This document shows positions 39,434 through 49,261 of a stretch of DNA of 64,000 nucleotides, piece after piece (the first letter of the stretch is position 1; each line of letters begins with the position of its first letter). Position numbers and translations under genes: made by a program. The stretch comes from Candidatus Aminicenantes bacterium. GTDB lineage: Bacteria; Acidobacteriota; Aminicenantia; Aminicenantales; Aminicenantaceae. The notes under the pieces are model-generated. The model was given only the letters and a program-made list of their open reading frames with translations, was not told the DNA's origin and did no database searches. Location of the stretch: positions 2,693-66,692 of the forward strand of contig DRHQ01000056.1 of NCBI GenBank assembly GCA_011049545.1, read 5' to 3'.

Positions 39434-42298
39434 ATGAGAGGTATTGTTATGAAAACAAGTGCGATACATTTGCGATCAAAACACCAGAGTCGCCGCTCTT
39501 CAGCGACCGAAATTCTGGCAATGAGTTTGAGCTTTATTCTGTTGTGCGGATGTGGAGCGTTAAGCGCCGCGGAGGCTGAAGAAAGACCTCAATCCCTCAT
39601 TCCCTTTGTGGATCCAGCGACAATAAACCCAAAGATCCCCCCGCCGTCTTCCATCATCGGGTATGAAGTGGGTGAGAAGGCTGTTCGATACGATCCGCTG
39701 ATGCGTTATCTCGAGGTGTTGGCGGCTTCCTCGGACCGCATCACAATGAATCCCTTTGGCAAGTCCCACGAGGGTCGAACGCTGGTCCACTTGATCATTA
39801 CCAGCCCCAAAAACCACCAGCGCCTGGAGCAAATCAAAGCCGGCAACGCAAAACTCGCCGACCCGCGAAAACTCCCAAATCCCGGGGCCGGGAAAAAACT
39901 CCTCCAGAGCCATCCGGCAACGGCGATCATGACATACAGCATCCACGGCGACGAACTTTCCAGCACCGACGCGGCCATGCAACTTGCCTATCAGCTCGTG
40001 GCCGGAACCGACGACCGAACGAAATCCCTCCTGGATCAAGTCGTTACCATCATCGATCCCCTACAGAACCCCGACGGACACGAGCGCCATTTGGCCTCCA
40101 TCGAACAGCGCACCGGGGTGATTTCCAGCCCCGACGGCCAACACATACAGCACAATGCCATAAACGGCAGAACCAATCACTATCGATTCGACATGAATCG
40201 CGATATGGCATCTCTAGTGACCCTCGAGAATCAAGCCCGCATGAAAGTCATCACCGAGTGGAAGCCCCATTTCATGGTCGACTCCCACGAGATGGGTTCG
40301 CTGGAAACCTACCTGATGGATCCCCCGCGCCAACCCCTGAACCCCCTGTTTCCAAAGAAAAACTTATACTGGCGAGAACAATTCGGTTTCGACCAGGCCG
40401 CCACCTTCGACGCCCACGGCTGGAGCTATTATGCCAAGGATTGGAACACAGAATTTGCGCCAATTTACAACGCCTCCTGGATCAACTACAGCGGCGGCGC
40501 CGGGCTTCTCTACGAGCAAGCCGGTGTCTCCAGCGCGGCGTACAAGCAGGAAACCGGACACATCTTAACTTATCGCGAAGCCGTTCATCACCAGCTCGTC
40601 AGTTCGCTGGCCAACCTCAACACTTTGAAAAACAATCGCCAAGAAATACTCGCTGACTACCTCGCGGACCACATCGAAGCCGTCAACGGCGACGGCGCCC
40701 TGACAGGGACATTCCTCATGCCTCCCCACCCCGACCGAGCCCGCGTTGCTCGCTTCATCGAACTCCTGGGCCGCCAATCCGTGGAATACAGTTTCACCCG
40801 GGAATCCGCTCACATTAAAAACGCCACCGACCTCTTTGGAAACAAAACCGACCATCTGGAACTCCCCGCCGGCACCCTGGTTGTAAAGTCCGACCAGCCG
40901 TTTCGACGCGTGGCTCACGTGCTCTTACGCTTCGACATACGCCCAGACAGCAAATATCTGAAGATCGAACGAGAAGAATTGGAGAACCATCGAGGCTCGC
41001 GGTTTTACGACGTCACAGCCTGGAACCTCCCCATGGCATTCGGCCTGGAGTCCTATTGGGTCGATAAAATCCCGGATCTCAAACTCGATTCGAAACCGCC
41101 GCAGCCCGCGGAGAAAACCCTCGATTGGCCAAGCAAACCCAAATACGGTTACATCATCGAGTTTTCAAGCGCGGTGATTTACGACGTCATGGTTCGACTC
41201 TTCGAGCAGAACTGCCATTTGCGCGCGGCCACAAAACCCTTCGTTTTCCAGGGCCACAACTACCGCCCCGGAGCCATCGTCCTGCGCGGCCACGAGAATC
41301 CCGAAAATCTCGGCGATATCTTGCAAAAAATCGCCCGCAACTTCGACGTCAACATCCGCCCGGCGCAAACGGCATCGGTCGGAAAAGTAGGTCCGGACCT
41401 CGGAGGCCCCAAGTTCGTTCTCTTACACGCCCCGCGTGTCGCCATCATGGCCGGCAACATGTCAAACTCGGCCGGAGCCGTATGGCACCTCTTGGACTAC
41501 CGCCTCAAGATGCGCGTCTCTCCCATCGAAAGAAGTAGAGATCTACGCAAGTACAACGTATTGATACTCCCCGGTGGCGGTCCCGTTTCAGACGGCGTCA
41601 AAAAATGGGTCGAGGACGGCGGCACATTAATCGCCCTCGGCCAAGCCGCATACTCGATAGCAAGAAAAGACAGTAAATTCTCGTCCGTCAGAAGGCGGCG
41701 GGACGTACTTGACAAGCTGGACGTCTATCAGGAAGACCTTGATAGAGAACAACAAGCCGACAACATCAAAATCGACTTTAAAGACCTCTGGGGCGATGGG
41801 AAAGCAAAAAAAGGCCGGAAGAAGAATGCCAGCCAAAAGGAAACCATGGACAAGGAAGAAAAATCGAAAAGATCGCCCTCCTCAGGCAAGCTTGAGAAAC
41901 TCAAACGCATCGACGAATGGCAGAGAATCTTCATCCCATCCGGCGTCTTCGTCAAAGCCTGTCTTGACCAGCGGCACTGGCTTGGTTCCGGACTCGGCAA
42001 GTTCTTGCCCGTCATGGTCAGAGGCGGCAGCGTAATGATGTCAAAGCACCCGATCCAGACGCCGGTCCGGCTCGTCGACGAGGATGACTTGCGCCTGAGC
42101 GGTCTGCTGTGGCCGGAAGCTAGAAAACGGCTCGCCAATTCGTCCTTGGCGACTGTCGAACGCCATGGCCGCGGACAGGTGATACTTTTCGCTTCAAATC
42201 CAACGTATCGTGGCTGGTATCCGGCAATGGAAAGGCTGTTTTTGAATGCTGTTTTTCTGGGTCCGGGCATGGGTACAAACCAGAAAATGCCTTGGTAG
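39434..42298 (+). CDS. Secreted M14-family zinc carboxypeptidase-like protein
   Basis: Signal peptide; IHGDE, QNPDG, FDMNRD, DSHEM; C-terminal GATase-like domain; GC-richer than neighbours. Confidence 0.85.
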   Translation: MRGIVMKTSAIHLRSKHQSRRSSATEILAMSLSFILLCGCGALSAAEAEERPQSLIPFVDPATINPKIPPPSSIIGYEVGEKAVRYDPLMRYLEVLAASSDRITMNPFGKSHEGRTLVHLIITSPKNHQRLEQIKAGNAKLADPRKLPNPGAGKKLLQSHPATAIMTYSIHGDELSSTDAAMQLAYQLVAGTDDRTKSLLDQVVTIIDPLQNPDGHERHLASIEQRTGVISSPDGQHIQHNAINGRTNHYRFDMNRDMASLVTLENQARMKVITEWKPHFMVDSHEMGSLETYLMDPPRQPLNPLFPKKNLYWREQFGFDQAATFDAHGWSYYAKDWNTEFAPIYNASWINYSGGAGLLYEQAGVSSAAYKQETGHILTYREAVHHQLVSSLANLNTLKNNRQEILADYLADHIEAVNGDGALTGTFLMPPHPDRARVARFIELLGRQSVEYSFTRESAHIKNATDLFGNKTDHLELPAGTLVVKSDQPFRRVAHVLLRFDIRPDSKYLKIEREELENHRGSRFYDVTAWNLPMAFGLESYWVDKIPDLKLDSKPPQPAEKTLDWPSKPKYGYIIEFSSAVIYDVMVRLFEQNCHLRAATKPFVFQGHNYRPGAIVLRGHENPENLGDILQKIARNFDVNIRPAQTASVGKVGPDLGGPKFVLLHAPRVAIMAGNMSNSAGAVWHLLDYRLKMRVSPIERSRDLRKYNVLILPGGGPVSDGVKKWVEDGGTLIALGQAAYSIARKDSKFSSVRRRRDVLDKLDVYQEDLDREQQADNIKIDFKDLWGDGKAKKGRKKNASQKETMDKEEKSKRSPSSGKLEKLKRIDEWQRIFIPSGVFVKACLDQRHWLGSGLGKFLPVMVRGGSVMMSKHPIQTPVRLVDEDDLRLSGLLWPEARKRLANSSLATVERHGRGQVILFASNPTYRGWYPAMERLFLNAVFLGPGMGTNQKMPW

Positions 42299-42663
42299 CG
42301 CAGGCCGGATGAGAATCATCTCTTTTATCGAAGAACCGAAGAAAATCGACAGGATCATCCGCCATCTCAAGCTCAGCTCCCAGGCCGAACAGCCACCCCC
42401 ACCTCGTGTTGTCCAACAGGAACTTCTGATGGCAGTTGAGGAGAAGGGGGAGTATTTTTGAGAGCCTCTGTGGCTGCTTCTTGTTGATTCGAGGGTGAAG
42501 TCTATCTGAAACCTGATGTTTTGGAGGCACTGGTTGATCTGCTATGCTTTTTGAGCCGTTGACCTTGCCGTTTTGGATGTGATATTGTTATTTTAGGATG
42601 TTAATGGGTTGTAAATGGGGAAAATTGTAATCGATGGGGGTGAAATCGCCTGAAAGAGAAATT
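42299..42663 (+). mobile_element. IS91-like element 3' end remnant (copy E)
   Basis: MRIISFIEEPKKIDRIIRHLKL..PPPPRVVQQELLMAVEEKGEYF-stop plus non-coding tail homologous to copy D. Confidence 0.75.
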
Positions 42664-44163
42664 ATGAATCATACAGAAAACGATAAGATACGATCGGCTG
42701 TTTCGAGACTTGATTTTCGAACACAGGCCTTTATTGATGGAAAATTTGTTGATGTGGCTTGCGGCAAATCATTTGTTACGGAAAATCCTGCCACAGGTAA
42801 ACCTCTGGCCGAGATAGCAGCATGTGACAAGGAAGATATAGATCGGGCTGTTGAAGCTGCACGCAGTGCTTTTGAAAAAGGCAGCTGGTCTAAAATGTCT
42901 CCGGATGATCGCAAAAAAGTCTTACTCAAATTTGCCGACCTTCTTGAAACTCATACCGATGAATTAGCCTTGCTGGACTGCCTGGAAGCAGGTAAACCCA
43001 TTCAAGATTGCAGCACTTTTGATATTCCGGAAACAGTGAAATGTATCCGATGGCATGCTGAGGCCATAGATAAGCTTTATGATCATGTATCGACAACAAG
43101 TTCTGATAACTTAGGACTGATCCTTCGTGAGCCTATTGGAGTCGTAGGTGCGGTTATTCCCTGGAACTTCCCTGCTTTAATGGCGGCTTGGAAGATCGGG
43201 CCAGCCCTTGCTGCCGGAAACAGCGTTCTGTTAAAACCTTCAGAGCTGACATCTCTCAGCGCATTGCGAATGGGAGAATTAGCCGGAGAAGCCGGAGTGC
43301 CACAGGGAGTTTTTAATGTGTTGCCAGGTCTTGGTGAAACCGCCGGGCAAGCGATTGGATTGCACATGGATATTGACATGGTTGCTTTTACGGGTTCTAC
43401 GGAAGTGGGGCGTCTGTGTTTGAGTTACGCAGCAAAGTCCAATTTAAAAAGAATTATTCTTGAATGTGGTGGGAAGAGTCCGCAGGTAGTTATGGCTGAT
43501 GCACCAGAAATCGATAGGATTGCTGTAAATGTTCTGAACAGTGCATTCTGGAACATGGGGGAAAACTGCAGTTGCGGATCTCGACTAATAATTCATGAAT
43601 CTCTTAAGGATCCCTTACTGGATCGGCTTATTGAGCTCTGCAAGGAGTGGCCCGTTGGAGATCCCTTGAATCCTGAAACCAGGGTCGGGTCAATGATTGG
43701 AAAGGCTCATATGGAAAAAGTACTTGGATACATCGAGGCGGGAAATTCAGAGGGCGCGCAGTTGGTACTGGGAGGCCGGCGCGTACTTGAAGAGACAGGC
43801 GGATATTTTATTGAACCGACGATTTTTGACAAGGTTAGCAATGACATGAAAATTGCTCGCGAGGAAATCTTTGGCCCGGTATTATCCGTTATTACTTTTA
43901 CCAGCGAAGAGCAGGCAATCTCCATTGCAAATGACACAAACTATGGTCTCGCCGCCTCTGTTTATACACAAGATGTGAATGCTGTTCATCGTATCAGCCG
44001 CGCATTGAAAGCCGGAACAGTTTCCGTTAACTGCTTCTCTGAGGGGGATATGACAACGCCCTTTGGAGGATTTAAAGAGTCGGGCTTTTTTGGGCGTGAC
44101 AAGTCGATTTGGGCTCATGAGCAATATACCCAGCTCAAAACGGTTTGGATGCAGCTTGACTGA
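42664..44163 (+). CDS. Aldehyde dehydrogenase (PuuC-like)
   Basis: PWNFP, FTGST, LECGGKSP, GENCSCG, EEIFGP, PFGGFKESG. Confidence 0.9.
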   Translation: MNHTENDKIRSAVSRLDFRTQAFIDGKFVDVACGKSFVTENPATGKPLAEIAACDKEDIDRAVEAARSAFEKGSWSKMSPDDRKKVLLKFADLLETHTDELALLDCLEAGKPIQDCSTFDIPETVKCIRWHAEAIDKLYDHVSTTSSDNLGLILREPIGVVGAVIPWNFPALMAAWKIGPALAAGNSVLLKPSELTSLSALRMGELAGEAGVPQGVFNVLPGLGETAGQAIGLHMDIDMVAFTGSTEVGRLCLSYAAKSNLKRIILECGGKSPQVVMADAPEIDRIAVNVLNSAFWNMGENCSCGSRLIIHESLKDPLLDRLIELCKEWPVGDPLNPETRVGSMIGKAHMEKVLGYIEAGNSEGAQLVLGGRRVLEETGGYFIEPTIFDKVSNDMKIAREEIFGPVLSVITFTSEEQAISIANDTNYGLAASVYTQDVNAVHRISRALKAGTVSVNCFSEGDMTTPFGGFKESGFFGRDKSIWAHEQYTQLKTVWMQLD

Positions 44164-44314
44164 TAAGGTCCAAATCGCTGATTTACTTTATTTTCAAAAG
44201 TAATAAAATCGGAGCACAGAAACGTTGCAAGTGTTCATTTCGTTGTTTAGGAGATTCTAAAGGGATTAAGATATGAATATTAAAAAAAAGAACGGTTTAA
44301 AAGGAATATTTGCT

Positions 44315-44974
44315 ATGAAAAAAGAGGAAATATTAAAAAATCTGTTCGATGCCGTTGTAGAGATGAATGTACAAAAAGGTAAAGATGCTGCCACGCTACT
44401 TATTAAAGAAAATTGTAATCCTTTGGAGGGTATCGAGGACGGTTTGTTAAAGGGGATGAAAGTTACAGGAGAGAAATTTAATAAACTTGAAATATATTTA
44501 CCAGAACTTATGATGGCTGCAAGAGTATTCAATTCAGCAATGACTATCTTAAAACCTCATATTTCAGCGGACAGCAAAAGTACCCAAAAAGGTACCGTGC
44601 TAATTGGCACAGTTAAAGGTGACATACACCAAATCGGCAAAGATCTTGTTGCTATGTTGTTAGAAACAGGGGGGTTTGATGTCCACAATATCGGTGAAGA
44701 TGTATCCACTTCTACTTTTATAGAGGAAGCTGGTAGAGTTGATGCTGATATTATAGCCTTATCATCGCTCTTGACTACTACTATGGCATCCCAGAAAGAT
44801 CTCATCGACATTCTAAAAGAAACAGGTCAAAGAGAAAAATATTTAGTTATGATAGGCGGAGCCCCAACTTCGCAAAAATGGGCTGATGATATTGGAGCTG
44901 ATATATATGGAGAAAACGCTGAAAGAGCAGTTTCACTTGCTTTAGAATTTATGTCAAAAAAACAAAAATCATAA
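44315..44974 (+). CDS. Methyltransferase cognate corrinoid protein (MtmC/MttC-like)
   Basis: GTVKGDIHQIGK (DxHxxG), SSLLTTT, MIGGAP; N-terminal cap domain. Confidence 0.92.
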   Translation: MKKEEILKNLFDAVVEMNVQKGKDAATLLIKENCNPLEGIEDGLLKGMKVTGEKFNKLEIYLPELMMAARVFNSAMTILKPHISADSKSTQKGTVLIGTVKGDIHQIGKDLVAMLLETGGFDVHNIGEDVSTSTFIEEAGRVDADIIALSSLLTTTMASQKDLIDILKETGQREKYLVMIGGAPTSQKWADDIGADIYGENAERAVSLALEFMSKKQKS

Positions 44975-44984
44975 GAAGGTAAAA

Positions 44985-46358
44985 ATGGTAAATCTTATAG
45001 AAATCATAGATAGGGCATTGGAAGGACCCTACACTCCTGAAAAAGACTTTGATTTAAATATCTTTGTTCCAAAGCTAAGGGAAGCAATAAAAAAATATGA
45101 AATTAAGTATGACCCTGAAAATCCTTTGTCCTGTGATGACGATTTGGCAGATCGTGTTTTTAAGGCAGGAATAGAGTTATTTGCCGATGTAGGAATATAC
45201 TGTGTCGATACAGAACGTATAATAAAATTTACCGGGGAAGAAATTCTGGAAAGTTTGGCCGAAGCTCCTAGCTGCCCGGTATTTGGCGAAGGAAGTGATG
45301 CCAAGGCTCTGGTAGCTCGTAAGCCCGAAAGCGATATTGCTCCGTGGTGCTTTCTAGGAGCAGGTGGAGCAGCCGTGTCCAATGAAACGCTTTTTGAAAG
45401 TATTTTAGAGGCCTATGCGTTATTTCTTCCTTTGGCCAATTCCATCACCACTCCGTCAATTAAGCATATTGAAGGAAGACTTGTTCGTACTAAAACTCCT
45501 TTGGAAATCCTTGCCTGCATGCGATCCAGTACTTTAGCCAGGGAAGCTTTGCGAAAAGGTGGCCGTGCGGGTCTGCCTATTATGAATTCAATAGCTTCTG
45601 CAGTTTCGGATACAGCTAAAATTGCAGGAAGTCAATTTGGCCTTAGGCCAACTGATGGTTGGCTGATCGGTACTATGGCGGAGATGAAGATTAATTTTGA
45701 GAGATTAAATGAGATTACTTATGTTATGAATTTAGGAGGTAATATAGTTGCCGAAAGCGCACCCATTTTAGGTGGTTATTGTGGCGGGCCGGAAGGAACT
45801 GCTGTAACCAATGTTGCTTACCACCTTAATTCTATACTCTTAATGAAAGGTTCTTGCCAACTCACATTTCCAATTCATGTCCATCATGGATGCACAAGTG
45901 TTAGGGATATTTTATGGGCCAATAGCGTTAGTGCACAGGCTATTAGCAGAAACAGCCATTTCCCCTTCTTTATTCTTAATTATGTGGCGGCCGGTCCGAT
46001 GACGGAAATGTGCCTATATGAAATCGCAGCGACTGTGATAAACGCTGTTGTTTCCGGAGCATCTATAGAATTTGGAGGTGTTGCAAAGGCCGTTGAAGTT
46101 GACCATTTCACGCCGATGGAACCAAAATGGGCTTCGGAAATAGCGCATGGCGTAATCGGGATGACTCGTTCACAAGGAAATGAGATTGTTAAAAAATTGT
46201 TGGCAAAATATGAAGATAATATTCCAAATGTGCCAAAAGGCAAAACCTATGAACAGTGTTGGGATATGAAAACAAAACAGCCGATTCGGGAATATAAACA
46301 ATTATATCAAAAAATCAAAGCGGAATTAGCTGAATTAGGTGTCCGATTCAAGTTTTAA
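44985..46358 (+). CDS. mtmB: Monomethylamine:corrinoid methyltransferase (MtmB) homologue, pyrrolysine-free
   Basis: DDDLADRVFKAG, YCVDTERIIKFT, PILGGYCGGPEG, AGPMTEMCL, PKGKTYEQCWD match the archaeal MtmB pattern as recalled; no amber codon. Confidence 0.85.
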   Translation: MVNLIEIIDRALEGPYTPEKDFDLNIFVPKLREAIKKYEIKYDPENPLSCDDDLADRVFKAGIELFADVGIYCVDTERIIKFTGEEILESLAEAPSCPVFGEGSDAKALVARKPESDIAPWCFLGAGGAAVSNETLFESILEAYALFLPLANSITTPSIKHIEGRLVRTKTPLEILACMRSSTLAREALRKGGRAGLPIMNSIASAVSDTAKIAGSQFGLRPTDGWLIGTMAEMKINFERLNEITYVMNLGGNIVAESAPILGGYCGGPEGTAVTNVAYHLNSILLMKGSCQLTFPIHVHHGCTSVRDILWANSVSAQAISRNSHFPFFILNYVAAGPMTEMCLYEIAATVINAVVSGASIEFGGVAKAVEVDHFTPMEPKWASEIAHGVIGMTRSQGNEIVKKLLAKYEDNIPNVPKGKTYEQCWDMKTKQPIREYKQLYQKIKAELAELGVRFKF

Positions 46359-46401
46359 ACAATCTGTTAGGTGCGCACATTTATAGAAGAAGGAGATTAT
46401 T

Positions 46402-47880
46402 GTGAGTATAAAAATTGTCAAGAATTATGTTAACGGTCAATGGCGAGAAGCAGAAAACACCGGCTACTTAGATGTGGAAAACCCAAGTACCGGTGAAATT
46501 CTTGCTAAAACGCCTTTATCAAGCCAGGCGGAAGTAAACCAGGCAATAGATGCCGCATACGAAGCTTACAAAAGCTGGAAGAACCTTCCGGTTGCACGTC
46601 GTGTTCAGCCTTTATATAAACTTGTTGATTTACTTCGTCAAAATGAAGACAAGATTGCTCGGCTGCTGGTTTCCGAAATGGGCAAATCAATTCCTGATGC
46701 TATAGCTGAAATGAAACGTATATTCGAAAATATTGAAGTTGCCTGCGGAATGCCGGTTCTTCAACAGGGAGACAAGCTCATTGGTGCTTCATTCGGAATT
46801 GACGGCGAAGTAATCCGTCTTCCTTTAGGCGTTTTTGCAATGGTAGCGCCCTTTAATTTTCCAGCTATGGTGCCTTTCTGGTTTTTGCCATATGCATTAG
46901 CAACGGGCAATACCTATATCGTAAAAGCCTCTGAACAAGTGCCGTTAACCATGCAATTGATAACCGAATATATTGACCAGTGTGACTTTCCGCCCGGAGT
47001 GTTTAACCTTGTTAATGGTGACAAGATTGCAGTTGATACATTTATGGAAAGTCCCAAGGTAAAGGGCGTATCTTTGGTAGGCTCAAGTAATACATGTAAA
47101 ATTATTGCCGAAAAATGTGCTAAGGCTAATAAGCGTTTCCAGGCAATGGGATCAGCCAAAAATCATCTCGTTGCTATGCCCGATGCCAAAATGGATGATA
47201 TGATTCGTAACATGATTAGTTCCTGTTACGGCTGTGCAGGCCAGAGATGTATGGCTTCTTCTGCTATTGTTGCCGTTGGCGATAATATGTACAAAAAGGT
47301 CTGCGAAAAGTTTGTCAAAGGCTCAAAAGAGGTTATCGTAGCCAATCCTCTTGATCCCAAAGTAGCTGATGAGCAAATGGTCATGGGGCCGGTCATTTCT
47401 GCCAAGAGTAAGAAGTTCATCCTGGAGATGATTGAAAAAGGCATAAAAGAAGGCGCTACTCTTGCTTTAGATGGTCGTGATTTGGTAATATCCGGTTGTG
47501 AAAAAGGTCATTTTGTCGGACCGACAGTCTTTACTGATGTAAAACCCGGCATGGATATTCATAACACCGAGATATTTGGCCCTGTAGTTGTGATACTCAA
47601 AGCCGATACTATTGATGAAGCGATCAATATAATAAATGAACATCAATATGGTAACGGTGCTTCCATCTATACCCAGAACGGATATTGGGCGAGAAAGTTT
47701 AAGCTTGATACAGAATGCGGCATGATAGGTATTAACGTCGGCATTCCCGCCCCTGTCTCATATCTACCTTTCGGTGGCATGAAAAAATCACAATATTCCG
47801 ACATTAAAGCCCAAGGCAAAGCTGTAATTAATTTCTTCACTGAAGATAAAATCATTACCGAAAGATACTGGCCGGAGTAA
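46402..47880 (+). CDS. mmsA: CoA-acylating (methyl)malonate-semialdehyde dehydrogenase
   Basis: PFNFPAMVPFW, VGS, AKNH, GCAGQRCMA, EIFGPV, YGNGASI, GINVGIPAP. Confidence 0.9.
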   Translation: MSIKIVKNYVNGQWREAENTGYLDVENPSTGEILAKTPLSSQAEVNQAIDAAYEAYKSWKNLPVARRVQPLYKLVDLLRQNEDKIARLLVSEMGKSIPDAIAEMKRIFENIEVACGMPVLQQGDKLIGASFGIDGEVIRLPLGVFAMVAPFNFPAMVPFWFLPYALATGNTYIVKASEQVPLTMQLITEYIDQCDFPPGVFNLVNGDKIAVDTFMESPKVKGVSLVGSSNTCKIIAEKCAKANKRFQAMGSAKNHLVAMPDAKMDDMIRNMISSCYGCAGQRCMASSAIVAVGDNMYKKVCEKFVKGSKEVIVANPLDPKVADEQMVMGPVISAKSKKFILEMIEKGIKEGATLALDGRDLVISGCEKGHFVGPTVFTDVKPGMDIHNTEIFGPVVVILKADTIDEAINIINEHQYGNGASIYTQNGYWARKFKLDTECGMIGINVGIPAPVSYLPFGGMKKSQYSDIKAQGKAVINFFTEDKIITERYWPE

Positions 47881-47907
47881 AAATATTTGAAAGGAGATGA
47901 AGATAGT

Positions 47908-49188
47908 ATGAATGCCAAACAATTATATGATGAATATATGATTACGAGTATGGTGGCTGGTTTTGAGCCGGTTACTGTAGAGCAGGCGTCAGGTTGTGTT
48001 ATCATTGACACAGAGGGCAGGGAGTATTTGGATTGTTTCAGCGGGATAGCTGTTTGTAATGCCGGCCACGGCCATCCAAAAATAGTTGACGCTGCTCACC
48101 GGCAGCTAGACAAGCTGATACATTGCTGCACATACGTTTATTACAATCCCCGTGCCGCTGAGCTGGCTCGAAAATTGGCCCAAATAACTCCGGGCGCTTT
48201 ACAAAAAAGTTTTTTTGGCAATAGCGGTGCAGAGGCGCTTGAAGGCGCTATGCGGTTAGCCAAGCAATTTACTAATCGTACAGAACTTGTTTGCTTGACA
48301 ATGAGTTTCCATGGACGAACGGTAGGAACATTGTCTATCACTGGAGACTACAGTCGAAAAAAAGGAACTGGGCCTTATCTATCAGGAATTGCCTTTGCGC
48401 CTGCACCATATTGCTATCGTTGCCCATTTAAGTTGGAATATCCACAATGCGGCGTTGCCTGTGCTGAGTTTCTTGAGCATGTCTTTCGTTATCAAACTGC
48501 TGGAGGCGTGGCGGCTTTCATTGCTGAACCGGTATTGGGAGAAGGCGGTATCATAATACCACCACCTGAATATTTCAAAAAAGCAATGGAAATAGTTAGG
48601 GATAACGGGGCACTTTTTATTGCAGATGAAGTGCAAAGTGGGTTTGGTCGTACCGGGAAATTGTTTGCTATCGAACATTATGATGTCGAACCTGATATTA
48701 TGTGTATGGCTAAAGGTATTGCCAATGGTTTTCCGCTCGGCGCATTTATTGCTCGTCCAGATATAGCTGAAGCTTTTAATCCTGGTGATCATTTATCAAC
48801 TTTTGGCGGAAATCCTGTTAGTTGTGCAGCTGCAATGGCCAATATTGATGTTATGTCAGATGAAAGACTACCACGGAACGCAACGGTTCGGGGGGATGAA
48901 CTGATGAACAGCCTTATTGAGTTTAAGGAAAAGTATTCTTTGGTGGGTGATGTGCGAGGTAAGGGGTTAATGATCGGTATCGAACTGATTAAAGATAAAA
49001 ACAAGACTCCTGCGTCTGAGGAGGCCAAACAGATTCGCAAGCTTTGTCGTGAAGCTGGTGTTCTTATCGGAGTAGGAGGGGTGTTTGGAAATGTTCTGCG
49101 TCTTCAGCCACCTCTTGTTTTAACCGCAGAAGAAGGCCAGAGAGTTTTAGATGTGCTTGAGAAATCACTCTGCCCGATGTCAGATTAA
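47908..49188 (+). CDS. Class III PLP aminotransferase (GabT/omega-amino acid type)
   Basis: NSGAEA, SFHGRT, FIADEVQSGFGRTG, MAKGIANG, STFGGNP; AAAGGAG RBS. Confidence 0.9.
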   Translation: MNAKQLYDEYMITSMVAGFEPVTVEQASGCVIIDTEGREYLDCFSGIAVCNAGHGHPKIVDAAHRQLDKLIHCCTYVYYNPRAAELARKLAQITPGALQKSFFGNSGAEALEGAMRLAKQFTNRTELVCLTMSFHGRTVGTLSITGDYSRKKGTGPYLSGIAFAPAPYCYRCPFKLEYPQCGVACAEFLEHVFRYQTAGGVAAFIAEPVLGEGGIIIPPPEYFKKAMEIVRDNGALFIADEVQSGFGRTGKLFAIEHYDVEPDIMCMAKGIANGFPLGAFIARPDIAEAFNPGDHLSTFGGNPVSCAAAMANIDVMSDERLPRNATVRGDELMNSLIEFKEKYSLVGDVRGKGLMIGIELIKDKNKTPASEEAKQIRKLCREAGVLIGVGGVFGNVLRLQPPLVLTAEEGQRVLDVLEKSLCPMSD

Positions 49189-49261
49189 GCGATTAATTAA
49201 CCATTGTTTTAGGGAAAGGATTCCCAGAGAGTGAAATACATATTTATTTGGAGACACAAAA

